Positions 48,080 to 58,224 of a stretch of 64,000 nt of DNA are shown here, one piece after another. The notes beneath the pieces were generated by a model. It worked only from the letters and a program-made list of their open reading frames with translations. It was not told the DNA's origin and made no database searches. How positions within the stretch are numbered: the first letter of the stretch is position 1; every line of letters begins with the position of its first letter. Made by a program: the position numbers and the translations under genes. This DNA is from Candidatus Atabeyarchaeum deiterrae (GTDB taxonomy: Archaea; Asgardarchaeota; Atabeyarchaeia; Atabeyarchaeales; Atabeyarchaeaceae), in the NCBI GenBank assembly GCA_037310415.1, contig CP147780.1, positions 2,272,001 through 2,336,000 on the forward strand. Reading direction: 5' to 3'.

Positions 48080-49051
48080 CTACCACCACATTCTGAAGCT
48101 GTTGTACTTCTTGTCGCCGAGTATGTGTTTTATTAGTTTGTAGCATTCCAGTCTGATTAGGTACTTGTATGAGACTTTTCTGTTGAGGTCTGGGTGGCTG
48201 AGCGTTGTGCTGAGTTTTTCCTGGTATTCTTTGAGGAAGAGTTTCTTTCCTTTGTCTTTGAGTAGCACTCCTATTTCTCTGTCGAAGTCTTCTTCTGTGA
48301 GCATCTTGTTGTTTACGAGTGTGAAGATGACTCGCTCCACTATCACTGGCTTGAAGATGTCTGCGAGGTCGAGGGCGAGGGAGAATCTTCGCTCGGAAGG
48401 CTCGTGGAGGTAGCTTATTGAGGGGTGGAGATACGTGTTGTATATTTCGGAGAGAGCGGTTGAGTAGAGGAGGGAGTTGCCGAAGGAAATGAGGGCGTTC
48501 ATTTCACTTGTTGGCGGGCGGATTTCTCTCTCCTTCATCTCGAAGGTGCTAATGATTTCCCCGAAGCTCTGGTAGTAGGCTGCCCATATTCTGCCTTCGG
48601 CGCTCATCATGGTCGGGATGTCGCCATGTATGGACTCCTTTTCGATTGCTTCGATGAATTGGTCTACGTCTTTTTTCCTCTTCCTGTAGTATCTCAGCGT
48701 TTGAAGCACGTTGTGCTTCACTCCTTCTACGATCTCGCGGGCTATGTCTGCTCTTTTGCCAGCGTCTAGGTAGTGTTCTGCTTGTTTAACGACCACTAAC
48801 CCCGAGTTGAGCTGTATTCTCGGGTAGAGGGAGCCCTCATAGTAGCTGTATTTGTTGAAGAAGTGTGTGGGAACGCCCATCTTCATCAGTAGTGAGGAAG
48901 CACCTGAGCGCAGGGAGACTTTGCCGTAGCAGTAGATTTCGCTTATGTTCTCTATGGGAAGCGCCTTCTTCCCTTCCTTGTTCATGAAGTAGAGCGTGTT
49001 TCCACTTCTGATTAGGATTCCTTCCGAAGTTATGTAGAGTGGTTCTTTCAT
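48080..49051 (-). CDS. cas1: Cas1, type I-B
   Basis: NALISFGNSLLY, ISYLHEPSERRFSLALDLADIFKP, FRMWW. Confidence 0.97.
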   Translation of the reverse strand: MKEPLYITSEGILIRSGNTLYFMNKEGKKALPIENISEIYCYGKVSLRSGASSLLMKMGVPTHFFNKYSYYEGSLYPRIQLNSGLVVVKQAEHYLDAGKRADIAREIVEGVKHNVLQTLRYYRKRKKDVDQFIEAIEKESIHGDIPTMMSAEGRIWAAYYQSFGEIISTFEMKEREIRPPTSEMNALISFGNSLLYSTALSEIYNTYLHPSISYLHEPSERRFSLALDLADIFKPVIVERVIFTLVNNKMLTEEDFDREIGVLLKDKGKKLFLKEYQEKLSTTLSHPDLNRKVSYKYLIRLECYKLIKHILGDKKYNSFRMWW

Positions 49052-49054
49052 TTC

Positions 49055-49543
49055 TCACACCATGCATAGTGCATAGTAAGAGCACCTTTTGCAGTAGCGT
49101 TTGGTCTCTGCTTTCGGCGGGTTTGGGTTCCGCGCAATCTTGGGGATCTCTTCGAGTATTACCTGTATTTCGTCCTCAATTTGCGGGGTGAGGGTGAGTT
49201 CTTCCCGCTTCTTCTCTCTCGGGTAGACCATCTCACCTTTTGCCGGTCTTCCAAGTTTCTTCGTGTACCATAGGTAGTAGTAGAGTTGCCACCTTGCTGG
49301 CTCTTTGAGCCGGCTGGACTTCTTGACCTCGAAGATCGTTATGTCGCCTTCTCTTCGGACGAAGTCGAATACTACTTCTCCCAGAGCGATGTTCTTCCTT
49401 TCCCTGGAAAAGCTCTTCTCGTGGATCAGCCTGCCCATCGAGATATTCTCGTCATCATAGTTCATGTTTATTTGGTGTGCGAAGAACCACAACTCTCGTT
49501 TACAGGACTTGTAGTATTGAACCATCACACCCGTTATTCTCAT
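49055..49543 (-). CDS. cas4: Cas4
   Basis: YYKSCKRELW, GRLIHE, EVKKS, QLYYY, CKRCSYYALC. Confidence 0.95.
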   Translation of the reverse strand: MRITGVMVQYYKSCKRELWFFAHQINMNYDDENISMGRLIHEKSFSRERKNIALGEVVFDFVRREGDITIFEVKKSSRLKEPARWQLYYYLWYTKKLGRPAKGEMVYPREKKREELTLTPQIEDEIQVILEEIPKIARNPNPPKAETKRYCKRCSYYALCMV

Positions 49544-49704
49544 GAGGCTACTTGCCTCCAATTACTCACCCCACGAGGCCCTTTCGCAGTTTGCTCCCGT
49601 CCCTATTATATTCGTCATTGTCGTCTCATGCGACTGCCCCCCCAGACGCAACCAAAGTACTCAGATTCCGTGCCTTCAGACTCGTACGGGCACGTTGCAG
49701 GCAT

Positions 49705-52131
49705 TTAGATTATTAACGGTCCTCCTTCGGGAATAAACCCCGTTTTTATGTCGTATTTTCTTTCCAGATCTGAAAGTTGGATGTGCCCAATATCATTCTC
49801 AAAACAGACACTACCAACCTTTCCCTTCGGAACTGATATTACGTAGCCGTAAAATCTTTTCTTAATCTCGAGAAGCCTCTCTCTCTTTTTCTTGGTGTCA
49901 TCCTTCTCCATTATTGATGCGAAAGTCTCCCATATTCTCCTAGCTTCGTCGTTAAGTTCCACAAATATGTCGACCTTTTCGTAGTCTTCCTCAATCAGTT
50001 TAAAGTCTCCAGTTTCCTTGAATTCGAGTTTGTTTAGATGCTCAAGTATTCTGCTTGACTCGTCGGTGCTTGTTGCGCGCTTAAGTCTTTCGAAATAGTC
50101 GTCAATGAGTCTGAGAAACTCCCTTTCTTCGATCTTGTCTCTATTCTTCAATACGTCTTTCGTCTTGTTCATAATGAAGCCGTCGTAGATGTACTTGTAG
50201 AATGGCTTGTTGGTTCGGTTGCCTTTGAGGATGTAGACGTTCACTTCTCCTTTCCTTTCTGCATTGTCATTGCGGTTGGATCTGCCTGCTGTCTGATTTA
50301 TGGAGTCGAGGGGGCAGAAATCGCGGTAGATCACATCTACGTCGATGTCAACACCCGCTTCGATCAGTTGAGTGGATACTATGATCTTCCTTTTTCCATT
50401 GCTCTTGTCCTTGATCCGTTTTATTCTTTCGAGCCGTTCAATAGGCACAATGTTTGTGGATAGATAAAGAACCTCGTTGGCTTCGTCATTGAGCTTGTTG
50501 AGCAGAGTGAACACCCTTTTTGATGAGTCGATTGTGTTCATGACTATCAGGAAATCTCTGTCTTTTCTCTTGCCTACGTCTTCTAAGACGATTTTTTCGA
50601 AGTCCTCGATTGGAGTCTCCTCAGTGATTCTGAGGTTTAGGACGGTTCTGTTAAAGCCCTCGAAATATCTCTCCTTGTTTTCCACAAGTGGCTTTGCTTC
50701 CCCAGTGGCTTCGTCAAGGATAAGTGGTTCTGTTGCGGTCATGAACACGAAGTAGGTCTTGAAGTACTTCGAGAGCAGTTGCAGGGTTTGCTTCAACAGA
50801 AGCCAGTACTCGTGCGGTATTGATTGAATCTCGTCGAGAAGTACAATCGAATTCACAATGTTGTGGAATTTCCTTATCGATCGGTTCTTGTTCGAGATTA
50901 GGCTGTGAAATAGCTGGACGAAGGTGGTGACAGTTATTTCCGAATTCCAGCCTTCTATTAGGAATTGGCTTCGGCCGGGGCTAAACTCATCTTCTTCGGT
51001 TTCGTAGAAAATATCTGAGAGATGATGGTGTTTGAGCAGAATGTTCGACGGGACAGTTTCCCCGAAGTGTGGAGACAATGCCTTGTCGAATTCTGAGAAG
51101 TTCTGGTCTATTATGCTCAGGAAGGGTAAAGAGTAGACTATTCGCGGTGTATACCCTCTTTCGTTTTTGACTCGGTCTCTCAGCTTCAGAGCGAATGAGA
51201 GTGCGGTTAGGGTTTTCCCTGCCCCTGTCGGAACGTTTAGGGAGAATATTCCGTTGTCGAGAGAGAGTATCTGGACTTGGCCATTGACTTCTCGGTATAT
51301 TTGCTCGCGTATCTCGTCGATTCTTTTCTTTGGTCTGCCAAACCTTGTTTGTTTGTAGAGGTCGACAAGATCAGGTGGGATGTCGGCGCGTTCGATGTTC
51401 CCCAATCCCATCGCCTCGGCTTTGTCCGAGTCAACCAGAACAGAGTAGAGAAATAGGGTTACGAAGTAGGGGAAGATTGAACCTCCATCCGAACGCAAAC
51501 GAGCCAAGGTTACGCTCTCCATAGCCAGTTCCTTCATGACCGTGAGGAAGCCCTCCTTGAACTTGGTGAATGATGGGGGTGAACTTGGGATCACGTCCGC
51601 AAGTATTTTTTCCATCTCCGCTTCGTCTATCGCGTCTAGCTGGGAGCAGAGTACTTGTTTTTCTCTCTCATCAGATACTTTCTCTCTCATCTCATTGACT
51701 TCGTCGTAACCGTTTCCGAGATTACCGTGATGCCTTTTCACAATTAGGAACGCAAGTACTGGCAACAAACAATAGACTTGATTCTCAGAGAAACCCATTT
51801 TTCTGATGGAATTCTTTGTGACATAATAGGTGAAAATCGCTGAGAGAAGACCGTGCTTCGTCTCTTTGTGTGCTTTTAGCCTTCTTTTCTTGCTTTCGTC
51901 TTTCTCGTTTAAGTACTCTTGGAAATATCTTGTGGCTTTCCCGAAATCGTGGGTCGCGCCGATCAGGTAAGCAAGCTCAGGTAGAGTTTCCGCGTTCAGA
52001 TGCCCCGAAAAGTCAAGCCTCTTGCTTTCGACGATTTTCCTGCAACTGTTCGCAACCTCTGAAAGATGGAGATTCAACGGCTTCTGCGGGTGAGACTGGA
52101 GTCTAGAAAGGAACAACTCTTGTCCCGTCAC
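49705..52131 (-). CDS. cas3: Cas3 HD nuclease-helicase
   Basis: HDFGK, PTGAGKT, DEIQ, STQLIEAGVDID, QTAGRSNR. Confidence 0.97.
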   Translation of the reverse strand: MTGQELFLSRLQSHPQKPLNLHLSEVANSCRKIVESKRLDFSGHLNAETLPELAYLIGATHDFGKATRYFQEYLNEKDESKKRRLKAHKETKHGLLSAIFTYYVTKNSIRKMGFSENQVYCLLPVLAFLIVKRHHGNLGNGYDEVNEMREKVSDEREKQVLCSQLDAIDEAEMEKILADVIPSSPPSFTKFKEGFLTVMKELAMESVTLARLRSDGGSIFPYFVTLFLYSVLVDSDKAEAMGLGNIERADIPPDLVDLYKQTRFGRPKKRIDEIREQIYREVNGQVQILSLDNGIFSLNVPTGAGKTLTALSFALKLRDRVKNERGYTPRIVYSLPFLSIIDQNFSEFDKALSPHFGETVPSNILLKHHHLSDIFYETEEDEFSPGRSQFLIEGWNSEITVTTFVQLFHSLISNKNRSIRKFHNIVNSIVLLDEIQSIPHEYWLLLKQTLQLLSKYFKTYFVFMTATEPLILDEATGEAKPLVENKERYFEGFNRTVLNLRITEETPIEDFEKIVLEDVGKRKDRDFLIVMNTIDSSKRVFTLLNKLNDEANEVLYLSTNIVPIERLERIKRIKDKSNGKRKIIVSTQLIEAGVDIDVDVIYRDFCPLDSINQTAGRSNRNDNAERKGEVNVYILKGNRTNKPFYKYIYDGFIMNKTKDVLKNRDKIEEREFLRLIDDYFERLKRATSTDESSRILEHLNKLEFKETGDFKLIEEDYEKVDIFVELNDEARRIWETFASIMEKDDTKKKRERLLEIKKRFYGYVISVPKGKVGSVCFENDIGHIQLSDLERKYDIKTGFIPEGGPLII

Positions 52132-52843
52132 CTACCTCCCAATACATGCTAGGCTGTGCCTTGATCGGATGACCTTCTTCCTCCACCAATATTTCTAGGT
52201 ACTCCTCCACCTCTCGATCTGCCTTCATCAAGGAGGGCACGGTTTCGAGAGAATATTTCTGGTCGGGCTCTGGCTGTACTTTGGCGAGCGGTTTGTCTGT
52301 GCCCGAGTTTCTGATCGGAACAACTGAATTCATCTCCAGATATTCACCGTGGCTCCCAGGTACTCTGGGTTCTGCATCGTACTCATCGATGTACCTGAAG
52401 TTGCCTATTAGCCCGCTTAGACCGAGAGCCGGGGTGTACACCGATTTGTGCTCGCCTAGCAGCTCCCTTAACCTTTCGTAGAACTGTTTGTCGCTGTGAA
52501 ACAGGTATAGTCTGTACTTCGGATCTTTGAGAAACTCGAAGTTGATGAGTGTGTGTTGCTTGAAGTAGTTCACCAGCGGAGGAGCGGCGAGGTGTTCGTT
52601 TTTCGTACTGATGAGGCTTATCGAGATTCTCGACTTCTTTACAGGGTTCAGCAGTCGAAGAGCGATTTTCGACTTGTCTTTGAAACGTTCTTGGTACTCG
52701 TTTCTCCCCAGACCAGCGATTGCCGAGATAAGTCCCACAATGGTCGTTCTGGGAGGAATTGAGTGGGTTAGAGGCGAGGTAGTTGTGTAACGTTTCTTGA
52801 AGTGGGCGTAGTCTCCCCAGACATCGAAAACAAGGACTCGCAT
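52103..52843 (-). CDS. cas5: Cas5, type I-B
   Basis: FDVWGDYAHFKK..TTSPLT.SIPPRT.IVGLISAIAG; YTPALG. Confidence 0.95.
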   Translation of the reverse strand: MRVLVFDVWGDYAHFKKRYTTTSPLTHSIPPRTTIVGLISAIAGLGRNEYQERFKDKSKIALRLLNPVKKSRISISLISTKNEHLAAPPLVNYFKQHTLINFEFLKDPKYRLYLFHSDKQFYERLRELLGEHKSVYTPALGLSGLIGNFRYIDEYDAEPRVPGSHGEYLEMNSVVPIRNSGTDKPLAKVQPEPDQKYSLETVPSLMKADREVEEYLEILVEEEGHPIKAQPSMYWEVGDGTRVVPF

Positions 52844-52854
52844 TTGCTTACACC

Positions 52855-53913
52855 CTATAATTCGAGCTTCTCGCACCTTAGCCCGGAATTCCTCAGAAAT
52901 TCGGCGAGTTCTTGCTCTTTGCCATCTATTGAAGTCTTGACCCTCTCATCCACCTTGTAGCCGATTGAAGAGATCTTTTCACTATGCTGCCTAAGCGTGT
53001 TAACGAGTCCCGTCACGTCAATCGTCAGATCCGAAATGCCTCGTAGCTGCTCATCAGGCACATCGCTTTTGTGTTCTATTAGCGCGTCTAGGTCGCCTAC
53101 GTGGTAGTTCTTGTCTTTGTAGTTCACCTTCAGCAGGAGGCGCGGCATCTGCCCGACTTTGGACCTAGAAATCAGGTTCTTTGTGCCATTCCACATGCCA
53201 TCGAGAAGGAGGGCTACGTCGTTTTCGGTGAGGCTGGTCACCTTGGCTTGGTTTTCGTTTATTATGCCGTAGAAGCATATCAGCGAATATGGGAGCACCC
53301 ACTCCTCCCTGAACGTCTTCTGCTCTTTCCTTGGCTTCGAGGCAAACGCACCTGTTCCCTTGACGTATTTCAGCTCCACCTTGTTAAGTGAGCGTCCCAT
53401 CTTAAACTGGACCGGGCCAGTATATTTTATGGAACCCTCCTCTTTCTCTGCAATCTCTTCTATCTCGTCAGACTCTTCGTTCTGGTTACTTTCCTTCTTC
53501 ATGTCGCCTTTCAGTGTGCCTAGAGGTATTACGCCACCAAAGAGCCTGACATCGATGCATTCTTCTACAATCTTGCCGGGGCTGTTTTTGAAATCCTTTG
53601 CCCTCATCTTCGCATCTTGAATGTTACCTTGATCGTCCTTGATCTCCCTCACGAAAATCTCTTTTCCCTTGAATTTGAGAAGGTGGTCTCTGATCGTTCT
53701 CTTCAATCTGACATCTGTCACTATGTTTTTGCGCGTTTCTTCGTCAATTCTCGGTTTGTTCTCGTCTGCGGGATCCCCATTTGGGTTGGAATCAGTTACG
53801 TCGTAGAGGAACAGGAGTTCAGACCTGTTTGCAACAATGTCGCTTACCGCTTTCGTATCCCCCTTTTCAGTTTTTCCTTTTTCTTTCTCAACCTTAGAGA
53901 TGGTTCTACTCAT
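52855..53913 (-). CDS. cas7: Cas7 (Csh2/Cas7b)
   Basis: NPNGDP..ENKPRID, VTDVRLKRTIRD, DVRLFG, TGPVQF, SRSKVGQMPR. Confidence 0.95.
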   Translation of the reverse strand: MSRTISKVEKEKGKTEKGDTKAVSDIVANRSELLFLYDVTDSNPNGDPADENKPRIDEETRKNIVTDVRLKRTIRDHLLKFKGKEIFVREIKDDQGNIQDAKMRAKDFKNSPGKIVEECIDVRLFGGVIPLGTLKGDMKKESNQNEESDEIEEIAEKEEGSIKYTGPVQFKMGRSLNKVELKYVKGTGAFASKPRKEQKTFREEWVLPYSLICFYGIINENQAKVTSLTENDVALLLDGMWNGTKNLISRSKVGQMPRLLLKVNYKDKNYHVGDLDALIEHKSDVPDEQLRGISDLTIDVTGLVNTLRQHSEKISSIGYKVDERVKTSIDGKEQELAEFLRNSGLRCEKLEL

Positions 53914-55762
53914 TGCTTTCAGCTCCTTCATCTTTTTCTTCTTCTCTCCCCGTCTTGAACGCGTCTACCATATTCATTCCGACGACAAAGTAGTAACTCA
54001 CTTCATCATTGCTAAGACTCCAATGTTCACCAGCTGCCATGAAGTAGTTCGAGATCAGTTTCTCAAGCTCTCTGTAGTAGTTCTTGCCATATTCTTCCAA
54101 TTTCCCTTGTATTGCGGGCAAGAGCGCTTTCAGCTTTCTTTCGTCTAACTTTAGCCCGTTCAACTTCTCAACAAAGGGCCTAGACCCCCTCTCTTGGAAC
54201 TGTATGTTGAGCAACTTCTGTGTTAATACGCCTATCAGAAATATCGCCTTCTTCGTGTCAGAGTTAAAGAAGTCTTTGAATTCCGCGAATATCCCGTTGG
54301 CTACCTCAGTGTAGTTGACGGCTCCGCCACCTTTGCCGACTGCCTGCATCGGTAATTTCGCCACCGAGTCTTTTACACCTCCATAGTCATGCAATATTCC
54401 TAATCCGTGAAGATACGTGAAGAGCATTAGACCCTGCAGGGTTAGCTTCTTTACTTTCCGTCCTTTAACGAATTCATTTCTTATCCTTCTAATCAGAAAC
54501 GCCATTATGAGCGCATAGTCCACGTCCCGTCCCACAAACATCTTTCCAACTGTGTCAAGATAGTACTTTTGCGATGTGTCCTTCCCCTTTGACTCAAGGA
54601 AGATGTCGTGCAAGATTTTGAAGTTAAACGCGAGTCTTCCGTTTGCAAACAGTTTGATACTATCTACCTTTATCTTAGTTTCATATAGCCTTTTCAGTCT
54701 TGACGGCAGCACCTCGTTGATGCTCAGTAGTATCTTTAGCTCCTTCGGTTTCGGGCGTTCGTAGAACAAGAAGCTCAATGTAAGAACATCATTCTTCTGT
54801 TCACCTAGAAGCCGAAGCATTGTATCCTCACTGGCAACTAGCCCCCCAAGCCAGCCTCTCTCTTTTTCGGAGAAGGAAGGATCACGAGCATATTTCTCGA
54901 CTATGGCGAATACGTCATCATATGCATCCCTATTTGTTCTGAAAATGAACCTTGGGATAAGGTAGTATCTGAAACCTCCATAGAAACTGAGATTCAGCTT
55001 CTTTCCTAAATACCTCTTTCCAGCTTCAAGCTTAAGAGTGCAAGCGTGACAGATGGGATAAAGTTTCCAGGCATTTTGTCGGTTTAGCCCAGGCGCGAAA
55101 CCGCGCTTATCCAGCGTGTAGAATGGGAAAATATCGGATGTAAAGCCGTATACCTTTTCAGATTTCCTGAGACATATGCTGCAGATCGCATCTCTGCCGA
55201 GTGACGTAGTATTATATTTGTTATAGTAGTCAGAAGTCAGACGTTCAATGAAGACCTCTTCAAATATCTTATGATCACCGATGTATGTTGAGCTTCCGTT
55301 TTCTTCGAATTTGAGTGTCAATAGTGGTTTCCGTTCTTTTGGATCTAGGTCTGACGATGATTCCTCCATTTCTTTGATGATTCTTTCTTTGTTCCTTTCA
55401 AGAGTTGCTTTGATCTCCGCAAATTTCCCGCGCTCCTCTGGAGCCAGTCTTAGTCTTTTCATGTTTTCATCTGAAAACCAATAAAGAAACTTCTTTTCGA
55501 ATGTACGTTGAGGATCTAATAGTACAGAGGAGGGAGACACATTGGATCCCTGTGAAGCGCCGCGCCTGTAGAGGTATTTCTCTTTGGAAGCGAAGTCATA
55601 TTCTTCCAACTCCACCTTCTCGTATTCACAGCCGCCAGAGGTTCTCTTGAGGACTATGCTCAAAACATGCTTCGCTCTTGGATCGTCAACAAGTGTCGAT
55701 AGACCGCCTTTCTCTTCCTTGGAAAGCATGTACTCGCCGAGTTCCGCGACTGCTTCAATCAT
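53906..55762 (-). CDS. cas8b: Cas8b (Csh1) large subunit
   Basis: MIEAVAELG start, CSIC..FYTLDK.GF..CHAC, YYLIP, FLIGVL...Q, YYFVVGM. Confidence 0.9.
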   Translation of the reverse strand: MIEAVAELGEYMLSKEEKGGLSTLVDDPRAKHVLSIVLKRTSGGCEYEKVELEEYDFASKEKYLYRRGASQGSNVSPSSVLLDPQRTFEKKFLYWFSDENMKRLRLAPEERGKFAEIKATLERNKERIIKEMEESSSDLDPKERKPLLTLKFEENGSSTYIGDHKIFEEVFIERLTSDYYNKYNTTSLGRDAICSICLRKSEKVYGFTSDIFPFYTLDKRGFAPGLNRQNAWKLYPICHACTLKLEAGKRYLGKKLNLSFYGGFRYYLIPRFIFRTNRDAYDDVFAIVEKYARDPSFSEKERGWLGGLVASEDTMLRLLGEQKNDVLTLSFLFYERPKPKELKILLSINEVLPSRLKRLYETKIKVDSIKLFANGRLAFNFKILHDIFLESKGKDTSQKYYLDTVGKMFVGRDVDYALIMAFLIRRIRNEFVKGRKVKKLTLQGLMLFTYLHGLGILHDYGGVKDSVAKLPMQAVGKGGGAVNYTEVANGIFAEFKDFFNSDTKKAIFLIGVLTQKLLNIQFQERGSRPFVEKLNGLKLDERKLKALLPAIQGKLEEYGKNYYRELEKLISNYFMAAGEHWSLSNDEVSYYFVVGMNMVDAFKTGREEEKDEGAESNE

Positions 55763-55995
55763 TTCTTCTTCCCATCCTCGCTCGGAAAACCTCTGCACCA
55801 TCGTCGTATTCGTCGAGCATGACCCTCTCCTCACTATTACTTATGTCTTGACCATATAAATGATTACCATTGGGCGCGTTCGAAATTCTGCTGAGTTACT
55901 GGAACTGCATGAAGGAACATGGAATCATAGCCGATAACATGTTGAGCTGACATGTTTGTCGGTACACTTTGCGCCCGTAGGAAGCCTGCGGACCG

Positions 55996-56703
55996 TTATC
56001 TCAGGGGGTTTATGAAGCCGAAACCTAGGCTGTTTTTCTCTCCGAGTCCGCAGTCCATTATGAACTCATAGAATTTTCTGTTCTCAACTGTGTCGATGCC
56101 GTATTTTTCAAGGAGTTTCCAGACGCTCCCTATTATTATGAACTCTTTCTCTCCTCGCTTTGCTCGTACTGAGACTTCCTTTCTGAATACTAGTCTATCA
56201 AAGATGTTCTCAGCAAGGTCGTATTTTTCCGAGTAGAAGGCGTTATACTTTCGTATGGCGTTCTCCTTGATGCGCTGCAAGAAGAAACTGAGGTCCCCGC
56301 TTCTCTCGAAGGAGTAGTAACGGTTCTCACGGCTGTCCTCGTAAATGGTTATGGGGCTTGCAGAGATGAATCGACTGCTCAAATCGGGTCGAACTACTTT
56401 GTACCTCGCTTCAATCTCGTGGTCGCCGAGTTTGAACCTTCGCTCTGCTCTAAGGGTTTTCGCCATGGATTCTATTAGGTATTCATTAGGGGATGAAATT
56501 AGAATGTTCTTTTCCTGTCCTACTCTGAAGTCGTCTATTGGAAAGATGTCTGAGAAGCAGAAGAACTTGAACTTTGGTAGATTATGGTATTCTTCAACAT
56601 CTTCTTCTCTGATAAGCGAGTAGACGAGCCCTTGAACAGTGTGCTTGTTTATCGAGTCGTAGGAGAAATCATCTAAAGTCGAAAACGTGAGAAGTAGACG
56701 CAT
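55996..56703 (-). CDS. cas6: Cas6 crRNA processing endoribonuclease
   Basis: KFFCFS, G-rich loop GLGEKNSLGFG. Confidence 0.95.
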   Translation of the reverse strand: MRLLLTFSTLDDFSYDSINKHTVQGLVYSLIREEDVEEYHNLPKFKFFCFSDIFPIDDFRVGQEKNILISSPNEYLIESMAKTLRAERRFKLGDHEIEARYKVVRPDLSSRFISASPITIYEDSRENRYYSFERSGDLSFFLQRIKENAIRKYNAFYSEKYDLAENIFDRLVFRKEVSVRAKRGEKEFIIIGSVWKLLEKYGIDTVENRKFYEFIMDCGLGEKNSLGFGFINPLR

Positions 56704-57167
56704 AGGTAGGAATTCATGAGCCTTTCTAATTTAAACTTGTTGACAAGACGGGTAGGTTTCACCGATCTGCCAAGGCCGCTTCCGTAGAGTTCATGAGCCA
56801 AGTGTTCAGCATATCGAGATCTCTACCTCGAAGCATTGAGCATAAGCGAGTTCTTGAAACTAACACAAATGTGTAGGTAGAGCATATTATTGTCCAATAG
56901 GAGGAAGTCGAGACGAGGTGGGGGCGGCTGCACAGCGCTGATTATCAGGAAGATGTAATGAATACGTAGGTGAAAAGGCAGTTCCTAAGATAAGAGTCGA
57001 CGCAATGCAAGAAACGCTCTGCAACCCTTAACTATTTAAAGAGGAGCTATTTTTACTAGTGTTTTAACCCTTAACAATCATTCGGAAGAGGAACATGTGA
57101 AGTAGTGGTTTCATTGTTTCTCTCTAATAGGAATAAGAATGGTTGAATTTAGAGGTGAAAAAGAAGC

Positions 57168-57974
57168 ATGGCAAAGCTAACCGGGAAAGTTGCAATAATA
57201 ACTGGAGCAGCTAGAGGCATAGGACAGGCAACAGCTGAACTCTTCGCCAAGGAAGGAGCAGACATAGTTGTCGCAGACATGGCAGACGGAGCCGAGACAG
57301 TGAACAAGGTTAAAGCCACCGGAAGAAAAGCGATCTTCGTGAAGACTGATGTTTCAAAGTTTGACGAAGTCACCAAGTTAGTTGAGGCAACAATCAAGGA
57401 ATTCAAGAAGGTAGACATCCTGATCAACAACGCTGGGATAATTCGAGACAAAACTATCTGGAACATGACGCCAGAAGACTACGACCTAGTCCTTGGCATT
57501 AATCTGAAGGGCTGCTGGAATTGCATAAAAGCTGTGGCATCCGGATGGCGTGAGCGTGCCAAGGCTGACAAGACCTTCAAAGCAAAAATCGTAAGCGTAT
57601 CCTCCATAGCTGGATTACATGGGAACTTTGGACAAACAAACTACTCCGCAGCGAAGTCTGGCATCGTAGGTCTAACCAAGACTGCAGCTAAGGAGCTGGC
57701 AGCGGCAAACGTCTACGCTAACTGTGTCGCTCTGGGATTCATCGAGACTCAGATGACAGCGGAAACCGCCCTCTCAATTGGAGCCAAGACTGTTGATGAA
57801 GGCTTCAAGATAATGAAGAACAACATTGTCGGAGCGGGGCGAGAAGGAGTAGTAGCAAACCAGATCCCTGCAAAGCCGCTCGAAGCAGCTAAAGTCATCC
57901 TCTTCTTGGCATCAGACGACTCAGACATCATAAACGGACAGGTAATCGAGGCTTACGCGGGCTGGAAGATGTAG
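57168..57974 (+). CDS. SDR oxidoreductase (FabG-like / 3-hydroxyacyl-CoA dehydrogenase)
   Basis: TGAARGIG, NNAGIIRD, GNFGQTNYSAAK. Confidence 0.92.
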   Translation: MAKLTGKVAIITGAARGIGQATAELFAKEGADIVVADMADGAETVNKVKATGRKAIFVKTDVSKFDEVTKLVEATIKEFKKVDILINNAGIIRDKTIWNMTPEDYDLVLGINLKGCWNCIKAVASGWRERAKADKTFKAKIVSVSSIAGLHGNFGQTNYSAAKSGIVGLTKTAAKELAAANVYANCVALGFIETQMTAETALSIGAKTVDEGFKIMKNNIVGAGREGVVANQIPAKPLEAAKVILFLASDDSDIINGQVIEAYAGWKM

Positions 57975-58013
57975 AGAAGCGATCATAGCCTCTCTTGGAA
58001 TACGCCAACCACC

Positions 58014-58025
58014 TTTTTCTTTTTT
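58014..58025 (+). terminator. Oligo-T terminator
   Basis: TTTTTCTTTTTT about 40 nt after the SDR stop. Confidence 0.5.
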
Positions 58026-58224
58026 GAAGCCGAGCCGAACAGGAGATCGCACAGGCTCTCTTTTTTGTCCATAAATGTGAATCTCACAAGATGTTCCTCG
58101 CCAGTTTGCCTTGTGTGCGTCCGTTTTTGGGATTGTGAACTAGTTTTTAGCGAAATATCGAAACTGATTTATGTGTGATGTGATGTAATAGAACATCAAG
58201 GAATATTCACGAGAGGATTGACAA

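Noticed and set aside
55755-55780. CreT-like AGA-AGA rare-codon toxin
   Set aside because: The AGA AGA pair is not directly after an SD-led start, and AGA is a common Arg codon in this window.
55941-55958. GTTGAGCTGACATGTTTG as a CRISPR pseudo-repeat
   Set aside because: Needs several gaps to align, is opposite in orientation to the array and has no partner repeat.
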